Below are positions 52,807 to 64,000 of a stretch of 64,000 nt of DNA, piece by piece. The position numbers and the translations under genes are program-made. Source of the DNA: Balanoglossus misakiensis. Its lineage: Eukaryota; Animalia; Hemichordata. The stretch spans positions 10,663,099 through 10,727,098 of the forward strand of contig CM082581.2 of NCBI GenBank assembly GCA_040954595.2. The letters run 5' to 3'. Within the stretch, counting starts at the first letter, position 1, and each line of letters opens with the position of its first letter. The notes under the pieces are model-generated. The model had not been told where the DNA came from and ran no database searches. It was given only the letters and a program-made list of their open reading frames with translations.

Positions 52807-55800
52807 AAACGTAGCGACTGGGTCACTTACACCAGAAACAGTAGTGTTGCCTTTATGAGCTGCGATTTGATGGGGATATTTATCTGTCTGTAAAACAGCC
52901 TTTGCCCAAGAAATTCGATATGATATAATTGGGTTGGTTAAGGATGAATTAAAAGGCGGTTTCCACGACAACAAGGCATCCACGCTGCCATTGGCCCAGA
53001 AAGTGTCGTTCACCCAGATTGGCTTTCCCGGCGGCAGGGGAGCTAAATGAAAAAAAAACGAGAACAGACCAGGTAAATGCGTAAATTTATGTTCACGTAC
53101 TGGAAAGTATGTAAGCCATGGTATCACAATCAATTACACGGAAAGCAAGTTTCATATGTTTTAAACTGTCATTATTTTGGAATGCTAAGAAGCTCATAGA
53201 ATAGTAGTATTTTTCTCTAAAGAAATATGTGTTGATTTCCCCTTTTCAGCTCTCTTTCCCTCCTCTCTCACTGTGTGTATCTCCCTTTCCCCCCCCCCCC
53301 CCCGCCCCCTCGACACGAAAGATGCAGCAGACTTGATTGACCAATTCACTCACCAGGGAAAATGTATCATGGGATCGCTCTAGTGTCTTACAATGAATAA
53401 ATGACGAGTTTACTAGGCAGCGAAAGTTTAAAAAAAACACGATTGTTGATTGGACGCCCACGTAAAGACAATCTTCTCCACATTTTCTAATACTTGTTTG
53501 AACAGAATGTAGCGGCGATCTACACTATTTGTTCGCCTGGACGTGGAAACTTGAAAAGGTGTAAGTTTTGAAATGCGCAATTGTTGATTGCGTTTCAGAA
53601 ATAACCTTCCGCAGGTGTAAAATGACATTTCACAGACTGTCCAAGAAGAAGCTATTTTTACATTCAATAGCCTCTCAGTTGGCCACCTGTGTCTAAGCCT
53701 TAATCAACGTTTAGGTAACACCAAAACCAAAACACCACATCGCACAGCGTGTCTATTTTGTCTGTCCCGAGCACCACTTGATCACGCGGACAGGAAGCCT
53801 TCCTCTGCGTTCTTTTGAAGTGGAGACTTACCGCATAAATTGTAGTTGTAGTGATTGACACTCAAGCAATCTGCGGGGCGAGAAACACAAAGAGAGTGGT
53901 TTCAATACACTTTTCATTAAAAGCAATCTCCACTTACAATTTCCTTGCGAAATTGCTTTTCTTGCACCCAACAACTGTCGACAACTGCGACAAATAAAGG
54001 CCTCCAAATGTAAGATTTCCCACCCTTTAGGGCGGAAAAAACAAGAAAGACTGTGCCATTTATGAGTGCCTTATGATCGATGCGTGATGTAATAACATGC
54101 GAACTTCATTATTGATCTCGTTCTCGTTACAATTGCACGCAACTGAAAGGCACCGTTCATGTCATTGCAGACAGAACCATACAGCACCAATGTTCCGTAT
54201 ATAAAGTACTTGGGTCACATTACGCAAAGTAAACCACTTGTTTTCAATTTAAAATATAAAAATAATAACACACGTTACGAATACATGGAGACCAATTTAG
54301 TTATTGCTCCATTACACGTTGTCTTGCATTGGCATTGCACTTTCATGATTTGACAGGAATGTGTTTGCAAGGCGTGCGATATTCTTCGTTACCATGACAA
54401 CACTGAAGTAGTTCATGACTTCCTAGAAATCACCTTCACTTCGCGTTAAATAATTGACTGCTACTTTGATGGGATTTGAACTCGACAGTAAGATGACGCG
54501 ACAGTCCATTTCAAGAGCGTGATCTCCTGAGACCGATAAAGAAAACATTGTTCTTGGCTTGCTCGTATATATGCTCACACATAAGCCTACCCAAACATGA
54601 ATGTTATGCTTTTTTTCAATATGTATGTTGGACCTCGGTTTGACGCGAGAAATGTTGGTCTTCGGGTGTGCGTCACTTTGGTTCGCAACGGAATCTATTG
54701 GAATTTAATGTCATCAACAGGTATCTTAGCGTGTTGGACACAATTGGACCGACCCCACTTTTAAATGTTGCGGGATTGATAGAAACGTTTTCTTCCCAAT
54801 ACATGTATGTCGTTCCAGCGGGTACCACGTCATCAAAATTCAATATGGCGCGTCCCTATTTAATATCGATGCAATAAAATGTTTTGTAATGTTTCCCGCC
54901 CCTCTGTCGTACGCAGACGCCTCCGTTTGAGTCGCAGTAAAGGTTTATTTTACTTTTTTCTTGTAGTAGTAAAATGGCTCATGGGGAAACGATGTTTAAC
55001 AGGACGGGGTTGACGTCCAGCGCAATGGCCACTTTCCTCTGGGTCTGACGTCAGCAATATTTTTTTTTCTCCGACAAAGTTCACACCGTTATGCGCGGCC
55101 TACTAAAACTGTGGGTGAACGTGCTGGCGAATGGATATTTTCCACCTTTTTATCCCCGGGCACCGAGTCTCCACACCGTACATGATTGCGTCATGATGTT
55201 TCAACTGCACAAATCGTTTGTAGGGCAATTACTACGACGGACCGTTGAGCAGAGCTTGGTGTGAAAAGGGCACGCAAAGCCACACGCCCTGGGTATATGA
55301 TGATATTACACCGTGGACGAGATGCGTCGCCGTGTGGGCTGCCAAACCGAAACCCTCTAATAATGACGTACGCTTGGTGACGTCGTGTCGGGTGTGCGCG
55401 GGTGTGATGCGTGAGAGGAGGGATGGGTGCGGCGCAGTGGGCTTTCTGACATCCGGGGCAGTGTGTATCTCATGGGATGGAGAGGAGGATGCTGCTATTT
55501 ATTTCATCAATGATGAAATTATCCTTTTCCCCTACACACAAACCATTTAGCTAATTGTAAACAGATCCCTCTGATGGCCAATACGCCCATTTTTCTCTGA
55601 TTAGAAGAATTGTATTGAGGTAATTTGGTAGCTGCTCCCCCGGAAAGTCCCCCGGGGTCCCACACACGTCTGCAAACGGTAGTGTGCACATGAACGCCCG
55701 TTTGATATTTGAGCGATCATTTTGTAGCACATGCAGAGTATCAGAAGATATTTTTGCATCTGACTTCACACCATTATTGCCCGTTCGACATCTGAACTTT

Positions 55801-57702
55801 ATATATTCATATCTAGTTTAATTTCCGATCGATGGTGAGCGCAATCATTGTAATGGGGGTAGACGATTGCGAGATACTCGCGTCGACATCTTTCGCCATG
55901 TAAATATCAGTCAATCGATTCAAATGTCTAATTACCTCCTTATCTTAAAGTCGCGAACTCGATTTCATGTGCACGCAGCTGGCAAGACTGTACTAAACAC
56001 ACGGCGAATCGGTAAAAATAAAGGCTTTAAACAGATAAACTATCATTCTACTCCAAAATTGCCGTTTCGACATTTACATTTATAGTCGTCTCGTTTATGC
56101 TCTGGCATCGTTCGTCGATATATTGATATCAATCAGGATGAAAGCCCGAGATTGGCTGGTGAGGACGTAGTTCAAGGTTGCTGCAATAACGACTTTGAAA
56201 TAAAAGGTTTTGTGATGAAAACTTTCTAACCGTTAAGCCATAAATCAGTTTTAAGACACGCGGAATCGAGATGCCCAACGTGTCGATGTTGTTGTTGTTG
56301 TTGTTGTCGTCATTGTTGTTATGTGCAGTGCGGAAGATTGCAATGCAGTACACCAGCCCGGGTGCAATGACATGTTGTTCTGAAGAGGCTCGCGGCATTG
56401 TGTCAGGAAACAAACAGATTCTGAACTAGAGCCCGCTCGAAGCGTTACATTAATTATTATCCAGTCTTTAGTCACGTTTCTCGACTGGAGGGTGCCGGGC
56501 TTTATCCGTACAAGCTATCCCGAAGATGCGATTTCTTTAAGATTTAGGATCCTGACAGGCTTATTATAGGGTATGGGGCTTTGCGTTCACGGGGCTATGG
56601 CGGTAATAAACACGGAAATTCATTACACCTTTGACTTCCCGATCGTTTTTTCCACCGTTTGAGATTGTCATGGCAACCTGGGAAAGGAGCAAAAAAGTTC
56701 CACCGACCGACAAAGCTCTCACCTGGCGTGTAAAACGTTGCCGAGCCTCTTTCGTCGTCGCCGTCTTCGTCCGTGTGGATGTACAAAGTGTATTCTCTGT
56801 CGTACGCCAAGTGACACATATCGTGCTGGGCACCCTTGTTCTGTAAAAGAAACGCAGAAGTGTGACTTATATTAACCGACGTGTAAGACAGAAAGACTGG
56901 GCAATTAAAGGTTGTGATGTGTTTTGCTGCTGCGATAAGAATAGGATCGCTTCCTTGTCTTGATCGCGGAGTTATTCATTGCGCCGCATCTTTTTTAACT
57001 CCTGGTGCCGGTTCTGTGAACCCCATACTGCGGAGATGTTGTCTCTTGTGTATAGCGCCCCGTCGCTTGTACCCGATTTCACTTAAATGTACCGGAATAC
57101 TTTCACTAAAAGACACAGGAGACTGCCAGCTGTTCGGTCGGTGTCATCTGAAGCGATTTTTCATCTCAATGCGAAGACTTCAAGAATCCTCACCCGACCC
57201 CCCCCCCCCCATATATCTGCTGACAAAAACTTTGAATAAACTTGACATTGGCAAGTACAGCTTTTATGACCCGGGAAATGAACCTGACATACCGCACTAT
57301 TAGTTATTCTGGATGGCTGCGCTGTTGTCAGAACAGTACATTCAGGACATTTGGCTGTCGCGTGATGATGTCAGAGTGTGGTTATTAAGCCCAAGAATGG
57401 CTGTACAGTAGATATACAAACGATTTTATTTGATTTCGGGGGAGTGAATGATTTTAGGGGACAATTATTGGTAGATGGAGGAAAACAATCTTACTGCTGT
57501 AACAATGACTGAAAAAAATCCTTCACCCCACCCCCAGAAATCAAATGGTTCTCCCCTTAGCTTGAAATGACTTTCACAATGCCTTAAATTACCTGCAAGA
57601 TGTCTACAGAAGCATAGTCGTTGTGGCTGCGGTGTCCTTGTTCGTCGCCAGGAGTCCAATGGCCACTACTCATCCAATAGATGCTGTACTTGCATGACAT
57701 TT
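9669..57702 (-). CDS. Receptor tyrosine kinase with FN3 ectodomain and split kinase domain (Torso/RET/FGFR-like); 5' end not found in the window
   Basis: Exons in transcript order: 57702-57593, 56840-56723, 53870-53832, 53042-52831, 28510-28396, 27934-27851, 27460-27312 (TM), 26468-26168, 21894-21710, [19911-19838, 19099-18974], 18866-18702, 18439-18302, 13635-13558, 13203-13130, 12726-12512, 11332-11195, 11090-10943, 10781-9669. All joins are phase-consistent except those around the bracketed insert exons. Confidence 0.9.
10943..13203 (-). CDS. RTK kinase C-lobe exons (13203-13130, 12726-12512, 11332-11195, 11090-10943)
   Basis: [13 protein letters not shown] | [66 protein letters not shown] | [20 protein letters not shown] | [15 protein letters not shown]. 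These are canonical tyrosine kinase subdomains VI-XI. Confidence 0.96.
12900..13040 (+). mobile_element. 3' fragment of the same TTAA-MITE family
   Basis: Shares CATTCAAAAT..., GAGCAAAATAT..AGAAAA and GATTTTCGAGGCGC with 15540-15659 and 28040-28170. Confidence 0.55.
13558..19911 (-). CDS. RTK kinase-insert exons (19911-19838, 19099-18974, 18866-18702, 18439-18302, 13635-13558)
   Basis: Short AG/GT-bounded open segments lie between kinase subdomains V and VI. The last three join in phase 1 (..GRAYESAV.., ..[10 protein letters not shown].., [10 protein letters not shown]..). The frame of the first two is unresolved. Confidence 0.55.
15330..15659. mobile_element. 330-bp non-autonomous DNA transposon (MITE) with TTAA target-site duplication, Kolobok-like termini
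   Basis: TTAA|GGTAGTAGG...CCTACTACC|TTAA. TTAA TSD with RR...YY ends is the Kolobok pattern. No ORF. Confidence 0.75.
21710..26468 (-). CDS. RTK juxtamembrane and kinase N-lobe exons (26468-26168, 21894-21710)
   Basis: [38 protein letters not shown] and [16 protein letters not shown]. Confidence 0.95.
22775..22816. repeat. Perfect 20-bp inverted repeat with 2-nt loop
   Basis: GCTGTAATACGTACCACAGG-CA-CCTGTGGTACGTATTACAGC. Confidence 0.9.
24497..25110. repeat. Tandem repeat, ~130-bp unit, 3 good and 1-2 degenerate copies
   Basis: TTGAG(A)TTTGTAATCTT recurs near 24497, 24627, 24757, 24882 and 25068. CTGGGAGTGGTTT..GTACCGATCATCTTCGC recurs three times. Confidence 0.85.
25475..25970. repeat. 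Diverged direct duplication (~120-bp segments ~370 bp apart)
   Basis: TTTTCAATAAAAC...TTAACTCG...AAGTCGGTCCTTGATTTGAAAACAA...TCTCACTGA occurs at ~25475-25595 and ~25845-25970. Confidence 0.75.
26519..26620. mobile_element. ~100-bp MITE-like element with GGGGAGAACCATTTGAT termini
   Basis: The left end AGGGGGAGAACCATTTGATTT is inverted to the right end AAATCAACCGGTTCTCTCCT. The same terminus occurs at 14669-14690 (+) and 57538-57558 (-). Confidence 0.6.
27312..27460 (-). CDS. RTK transmembrane exon
   Basis: Encodes ..[31 protein letters not shown].., a hydrophobic helix followed by basic residues. Phase 1 in and phase 0 out match the neighbouring exons. Confidence 0.85.
27851..28510 (-). CDS. 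RTK ectodomain exons: C-terminal half of the last FN3 (28510-28396) and stalk (27934-27851)
   Basis: [22 protein letters not shown] matches the FN3 L-x-x-x-x-x-Y-x-V-x-V-x-A motif. Splice sites are canonical. Confidence 0.85.
28040..28170 (+). mobile_element. 3' fragment of the same TTAA-MITE family
   Basis: TTGAGCAAAATATGAGAAAAAAGG..AAGACTT.GATTTTCGAGGCGCTTCCTACT resembles the right end of 15330-15659. Confidence 0.55.
28649..28729. repeat. (CA)n/(CATA)17 microsatellite, left flank of the satellite array
   Basis: Direct reading; pure CATA from 28662 to 28729. Confidence 0.97.
28730..52583. repeat. Intronic satellite DNA array, 87-bp monomer (some 86/88), ~273 copies, ~23.85 kb
   Basis: Consensus AAAAAATCATGGGTTATAGCTCATGAAAATC[GTCAAAAAA|ATCCAAAAT]TGACAATTTTTCGACTT[TGCGGAATTTCAAAATTTGGCCGATTTTTG|TCCGAAATATCAAAATTTCTTCATTTTTTC], repeated head-to-tail with no inversion seen. 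Confidence 0.99.
52584..52806. repeat. Compound microsatellite (CATA)n-(CAGA)n-(CAGG)n-(CAGA)n, right flank of the satellite array
   Basis: Direct reading; it ends ~25 bp from the splice donor at 52830. Confidence 0.97.
52831..57702 (-). CDS. RTK ectodomain FN3 exons (57702-57593, 56840-56723, 53870-53832, 53042-52831)
   Basis: SCKYSIYW.. | ..[18 protein letters not shown] | [13 protein letters not shown] | [24 protein letters not shown]. The exons join in frame (phases 0, 1, 1), then phase 0 across the satellite intron. Confidence 0.8.
56288..56320. repeat. (TTG)n microsatellite
   Basis: GTTGTTGTTGTTGTTGTTGTCGTCATTGTTGTT. Confidence 0.85.
57428..57560. mobile_element. Second copy of the GGGGAGAACCATTTGAT MITE family
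   Basis: ATTTGATTTCGGGGG ... CCCCCAGAAATCAAATGGTTCTCCCCT inverted ends. Confidence 0.55.
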
Positions 57703-58809
57703 CTGAAAAAAAGAGAGGTTGACACCCGGTCCCTGACCGAGTCATGAGCTGATCATGATGGTGATGATGGGACCATCAATCACCGGTACTCAGCGACTCA
57801 TCGCCGACCGAAATGTGCAGTGATTTCGAAACGCATTTATTGCAAGGATGCTATAATCTGCGTCGAGTATGCGGAAGAAGACTAACGGGTGACGGCATGA
57901 TAATAAATAAGTTAAGATGATCGCTGGCTTGATCAATGGAAGACTACAACAAATCACGGCACACGGTAAATCAAAGTCGGGCATCGTGCTACACGGAGCA
58001 TGATACGCGCAGATCTGGTTTCAAAAGAGCAACCGTGCTCTTCTTTAATATTCCACGGGCGCAATCGAGAGACACGTGCACGCTCTCAGGACATCAACCC
58101 TCCAAAAAGGCGCACAGTTCACCGAGGTTGTCCATCCTTTCGCAGCAGTCAGACGATCCGCGTTTAAGTGGTTAAAAGCCCCTGACTGTGGCGCGGAAAG
58201 GGGACCCACAAGGAAACTAAGGTTGCGTTGCCAGGTCACGATTTCGCTAGACTGAGCTTTCCGCTGTGTGTCATTATTGAGTAAATGCTTTTAGACGATC
58301 GATAGTAGTTACCGCTCCAAAACAATCTCTTGAACTTTTTTTCATCGGACAGCGTGTTTTATCTTGCGTAAGCGATAGCTAATTCACAGCGAATCCCGCT
58401 TTGAAAAAGAAATTACTAAGTCTCCGAATGACTTTCGGAGTCAGATATACTGGGCAGTCGAGAACAGTCATTTCGCTGTATTTCCACTGCTCAAACGATA
58501 ATCAGATTTTGACTAGAACTGCTCGAGGATAATTAACTTCTTTCAGGTACGCCGTCATTACATCGATCTCAGCCAATACTACAGAGACAGTCTGGGTAGA
58601 TTTCTGACTTTTCATTTCGGTTGCCCTCTTTATCGGCCCGACCAGATTAACTATATACGTCAGACATTACGTATCTTTCTTTAGAAACTATCATGACATA
58701 CTTCTTCAATGTTCATGCCTTAAAGTTCAAAAGTCTTTGTTATGAACTCCCCAGAGAAGGAAAGATCTAACTTCACTCTGGATAGACGTCTCAGCTACTG
58801 TCCTTATAG

Positions 58810-58969
58810 AGGTATACATTCGCACTCAATTTACATTCGCCCCATCTATGGTTAAAATGCCGTGTCTAAGTCTTCAAGTGTGGACTCTCCTGAAACATCT
58901 GTGATTGGTTAGATATATGTATGGTAACTATGGTAACTGGCTAAATTTGCATAGGTGGCCGTGTACCTT
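58810..58969. mobile_element. Short interspersed element ending ATGGTAACT..CTAAATTTGCATAGG..TACCT; related end at 9217-9258
   Basis: A ~40-bp near-identical motif is shared with 9217-9258. The ends AGGTATAC / GTGTACCT are imperfect inverted repeats. Confidence 0.45.
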
Positions 58970-61900
58970 TGAATAACGGCAACATACTGACATCAAAACA
59001 CTAGTAAAAGGGGCTATGGCGCATCAGGATAAATGATTATACAATCAGGACGGTGAAAAAACCTGACCTGATAAGCTCCTGATCTGTACACTGAAGAAGA
59101 AGCACAATTTTCTTGTTAAAAATCAATGGAGCGTGGGTATCAGCAGCTGCGATCTTGCATTTTCTGATAACGCCAGTTTCTGACGACAAGAACGACGGGA
59201 CGCCTGCATTTCGTTCTTTGCCTTCTCAAAGTGACCTCGAAGGTACAATTGATTTCCAAGAAGCATATCATTTCCTTGAGAAAAGAACAGCGCGTTTCTA
59301 TGTTGACTGTAACGCGGTCGTATAAATATACAAGCGTTAGATTATAGGATGATGGTTTTTGGTATATGGGTTAATCGTGTACAGTGATCAGATACGGACT
59401 GCATGAAAAAGGCTTGTTGAAAAGGAGGTTATCGGATCCACATGTATCAATGAGCACATTATGGCAGAAGACATACTTGATGACCATGCATTGTGTAAAA
59501 ACATTTTCCTCTCACATCTGAATGCGTCCAGATAAATTAGATTAGTGACAATCGGATCTTCATATTATCGCGGTAAAAGCTGACATGAAAACACTCGTTC
59601 TTATCTCTGAGATACGTTGTTTTCCAGAAATCAGTTTCATAATTCCGATGTTAATTTCAACAAGAACGTTCTTCTAAATAAAATTTGCAATATTCACGCA
59701 GTTTTCGGGCGCTTTTGAAATGGCCAAGGTCGTCGAAAAGTGCAATAAAGTACGGTGTTTACTGCTGTGGTGTCATTGAGAATACTATACATGCAGTTCG
59801 TGTCTTTTTGAAGTAAAATTGCATGTCTCTTTCCAATGTTTAGGAAAAGTACAGTCCCCTGGGCATACGCAAAAAGCACACCACGCTTCATTCGTCCTCT
59901 ATGATGGTTCCTGATCCAGGTTCGTGCAATAATTTCAGGAAAACGTACTTTTATAACCATCAGATTATTTTTCTGCATTAACATGTTTCTATTTGATTTT
60001 CGCGAAGGCATTTTGAGGGCTATGTTATAAATGAGAGTATCCAATTTTCCCGCCGTAAATAACGCCTAAACAAGTCTGGGGAATGAATCTCGTTCGTCGC
60101 GCAATCGAAATTAATCACTGTTCTCGTCCTTCACTCCATTTCCTGTCACAAATCGTACATGCTTTCGGGAGACCTGCGGGTATGGGCACCTGGTATAGCA
60201 GCTGAATCAAATGGCTCACTTTCGCCAGTGGCTGTCTGACATATTGTATACAAGTAACCCACCAGCAGCTCAACCGACATGTTGTTGTCTACACCGTATG
60301 TACAGTCCAGGCTTTTTTATCTGGACTGATATTTTGAATCTTGCGTTTCCTTGATTACGAATTCAGGAGTGTAGACAAGGTGGGAGGGGTAGAGAGGGAC
60401 CGATTAATTTGCATTTTCTTACTGTCTATGTTTTCCCTTGGCTGTACTTTTAAGCTCGGTCATTCAGAAAGCGCAGTTGCAAATGGTCGTTATCCTGTTC
60501 GGGTAATATGCATTTCTGTTAACTTTTCAGGTCTGAGAATATACCTTATTTGCTTCAATCCTCGGTCGTCTTAACATCCACGACCTTTTAAGGGCTCTGC
60601 CACTGCAGGACAGCGCTGATATTAAAACACGTCAAGTCTAATTTATCACGCGGTATATCATTTGACAGGTTATAAATCCGTTGCTTGGGGGAACTTGTAA
60701 GAGTTGACATTAGACGCCATCAAAATAGTCTTGCAACAGAAAGTGGTTCACGGGACACCGTACGTGAGTATATATACGCATGCGTGTAGTCTTACATATG
60801 ACAGACCATTCCGGACACCTGGTACAACAGGTTATCAGTGGTTCAAGATTAATACTCTATTGATAGTAATTTTGTTTGTTTGGTGGACATGGTAATGTTT
60901 TTTACCTTGATTATTGGTCCTACATTGAATTTTCATGCAGTCGGAGATCTAGAATAATTTTCAGTCATATGAGACAATTCGGTATTCTTGTAGAAAAGAC
61001 GAAATGAGAGTATTTGCCTATACTGCTCACGTGAATTTTAATTACGCGACAGGTAAATTCATTTTCATCTTCTGGCTTTCAAGGGTTGACTTACGTACAC
61101 TGAATGAGTCAATAGTCGGCCTGCGGCCTGCTTTATAATGTTGACACGCACATGCTCAGTTAATTTGCTGCAATCCACACGAATTTCAGGAGAATATCTT
61201 AATTGTCTGACAGTATTCGTGGGCTGGTATACATGTACCTCATGTTTCGAATACCCAGTTAAAGTAGTACGTCATTGATTAGAAGACTTGCGATAATTCG
61301 AGAATAAAGTGGCCTGGTTGAATGGCGCGTGGGCTGTAATTTCAACTTTTTAGAAATCACAGACTAGGATTTCTCTGCTATCATTCTTATCTTCTCTCAT
61401 ATTGTCATTTTCATTTCCGTGCATTTCGCGATTTACCAGATTTATATCTGTCAAGAGGGAAGATTGCCCAAACAATGTTGTCTATATCATGTGACCTTCG
61501 TGCCGTGTGCTACTTCCACGGTCATTCGGGTTATATCAATGCAAGTCTTCGGTTGAGTGCTACAAGTATTCATGTCATTTTATAAAGGGTTTTATGTCCA
61601 ATGCTGGAAATCAGCTCTCATCAAATTCGATCAGTTCCTATCCAAGTGCCTCTTGCGTCATTTCTGATATTAATTCCCCAGACAGAATTTTTTAATCAAC
61701 GTTTTACGGCTTACTTTACGGCGGAGTCAACTTTGTGTTATCCGCGTTTTAGTATTTTCTTGGAAAACACGGTAAATATAGAAGACAGACAAATCAGCAT
61801 TTCTATTCCGTCTAGAAGAGATCCTTTTTCACTATGATACGGCAAGAGAAGTCGAGTTATTAAAACGGATTTGACTCTGGGCGGTAAACCGATTCGCCTA

Positions 61901-64000
61901 GAGAAGCAATTTGCACAACATGTTTGGTTTACGTTTGCACAATTTCAAACACCTTTTAAGTGTCACTAATTTCGTGAACATGTGTTTTCACGTATCGATT
62001 AGCATGGAAGCCACCGAACCCGATACTATTGATTGCAACACGAAACCTGTATGTGTGTACGTGTCGAGGCTAAAACTAAAAGTGTGGATTTCACAACATT
62101 ATAACATTATCACATTTACATGGCTGCGTGTCGTAAAATAACATGGGTCGTGTACAAGAGATTCAAATACTTGACACTATTATAGAAAGCTTGTCCCGTC
62201 GGGTTCAATTATATTGATTTAGAAGCAGTTGGCCAGTCATTCAAGTTTTGCAGAAATGTTGAACTTGAACCAGGGACTCTAGGTGCTGACCATTAACCAC
62301 CGTGTTTCAGTAATTGCTTCCAATGTACTACCCCAAAAGACAAGCAAATTGGTAGTAATTTCTTGCTGCGTTCGATTATTAGCCTACATCCTGTCTCCAA
62401 TTATTCACAAAATAGCAGGGGCCCATTTGGAACAATTTCCTCCTGTGCGTGACCCGTAATCCTCGTCGATATTTAGTTTAATCAGCTAAACGCTTACCCA
62501 TTACAAGACAGCAAATACTTGTATGGGAGGGGGAAGTCATTCATGCATCATAAAAGTTATCGATATGACACGACCCTGTTGTACCACAGATGTGTATGTA
62601 TAATTATTCTGAATCGATCTACTGGTCATTAAACCCTTTAACGCTCCAAAAGGCCTTTAGCTTCGCCGACTCGACGACAAATATATGAAAGAAACGACCT
62701 GATTAGTAGAGTTTTTCGCCTGTGTGGAAAAAGCTGAACGTTTGAAGATTAGAATTACCTGGAAAAAATCGTTCTCTCCAAGTTATGAACAGCGCTGTAA
62801 AATTCTCGTGTGGCGCGCCCTTCCTTGAAAACTTCGAGTCGTGTACCTATCCCCTTTTCTCGTTCTAAATTTAGTTTATATTAGTTTGTTTGGCTTGGAG
62901 ACATACATGCATACATGGCAGAGCACAATCTGTCGGCATGGTGTTTGAATTCCCAATTTCTGATGTAAAAACGTAAAGGTTGAATTAAAAGAATGTAATC
63001 CGCCCGTGATTGCAGTGGATTCTATCAGCAGTCCGCCCCAGGGTTGCTCCGAAGTGGTTTACACAAGCGGTTCCTCCCCCAGGCACGGGAAGGTGTCGTG
63101 AGCAAACATTTGTGATGGCATCAAAGGGCGAACCTTTCGCGCTTGTCATTTTTTTGACATTTTCCCACCCAGAGCGATACAAATCGATTAGTTTCTTCAG
63201 TAGACGTTATTTTTAGTGTTTTCAAAGATATTCGATTTTTTTTCTGTGGTTGATTAGCGGGCTTACGAAATGTCAGGCGGAAGAACCGAAGGCAAGTAAA
63301 GGACAAAAAGTTACTTAACTAACAACCACCGCGTATATGTATTTATGTGGGGCTGAACGAAGCAATTAAAGTATGTGCGAAAACATGAATGTGTGCGGGG
63401 ATCACAGTTCTCCAAGCTATCTCATGTAATCGTGGACTTTAACAAACTTGCAGAATTTACATATAGCCATATTCGGTAAAAAGAAAAAAGCGCGTCTAAG
63501 TCGTCCAATGATCGTCTGGGCCCTAAAGTCGTCTAGTGACACTTTTATTTTTCGCGCGGTGAACGTTTATAAAATTGGCCAGAGTTTATCTTTCTATGGT
63601 AATTGTGGATAAAGTCGAGTACATGCCAGTATTAGGTTTTTCTTCAAGGTAAGCCGGGCAGTCAATGTATACATGCACTCAGAAACACCAGCAAGGTAAA
63701 GCCACGAATACAGCCAATATAGACTCTATACCTGCAAATTCTAACTTTATTTCCGTTTGACTCGTTTCCAGAGATGAGGAAATTACATACAGATTCAAAC
63801 GGCAGTTACATGTATATTGCGGGGGAAAGATATGAACGTGGTATGTCAATGCAAGTTCCTCATTAGTATTGCAGTCCTGCCCTAGCTGGCATTTGTCAAC
63901 GATATTATATAGAAGACGCTTGTAAAGCCAATCTCGGGGGATATGGCTGATGGAGAACAGATAGCGTTCCGCTCGACATGATAGATTTCCCTTCTTACTC

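Noticed and set aside
52534-52893. ORFs with HTYI/MYVC/TDRQ/CLSV repeats (also the start of 28364-28720 and 28596-28811)
   Set aside because: These are translations of tetranucleotide microsatellites. Only 53042-52831 and 28510-28396 are real exons.
57703-64000. Upstream RTK exons or other genes
   Set aside because: A few donor-like sites (e.g. ~61090, ~62495) have no convincing in-phase FN3 or signal-peptide sequence. The short ORFs show no recognisable motifs, so the region is treated as intron.

Overview
This is eukaryotic, intron-containing animal DNA. The gene structure and small repeat families suggest a marine invertebrate, but that is an inference. Three spliced genes can be built by hand from GT-AG sites and reading-frame phase. 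(1) A 3-exon, 510-aa BC-box/leucine-rich-repeat protein on the minus strand (2884-865). (2) A 6-exon, 314-aa RDH11/12-type short-chain dehydrogenase on the plus strand (3235-5449), head-to-head with the first gene across a 350-bp promoter holding four clustered AGGTCA-type half-sites (DR5+DR1+DR1). (3) A large minus-strand receptor tyrosine kinase with FN3 ectodomain, TM helix, split kinase with long insert and Ser-rich tail ending -TRV (at least 57702-9669; 5' end not found). The dominant feature is a ~23.85-kb array of ~273 head-to-tail 87-bp monomers (28730-52583) filling one intron of the kinase gene. It is bracketed on both sides by (CATA)n. It starts with a 70-bp near-perfect palindrome and both junctions fall at or next to the monomer's palindromic core. 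Monomers are combinations of two two-state modules and form local higher-order repeats. This looks like a microsatellite-inserted, self-amplified satellite element. Its long 29-aa-repeat ORFs are most likely non-coding. Several small MITE-like inverted-repeat elements and a composite repeat block (24.2-26.0 kb) lie in introns and the putative 3' UTR.
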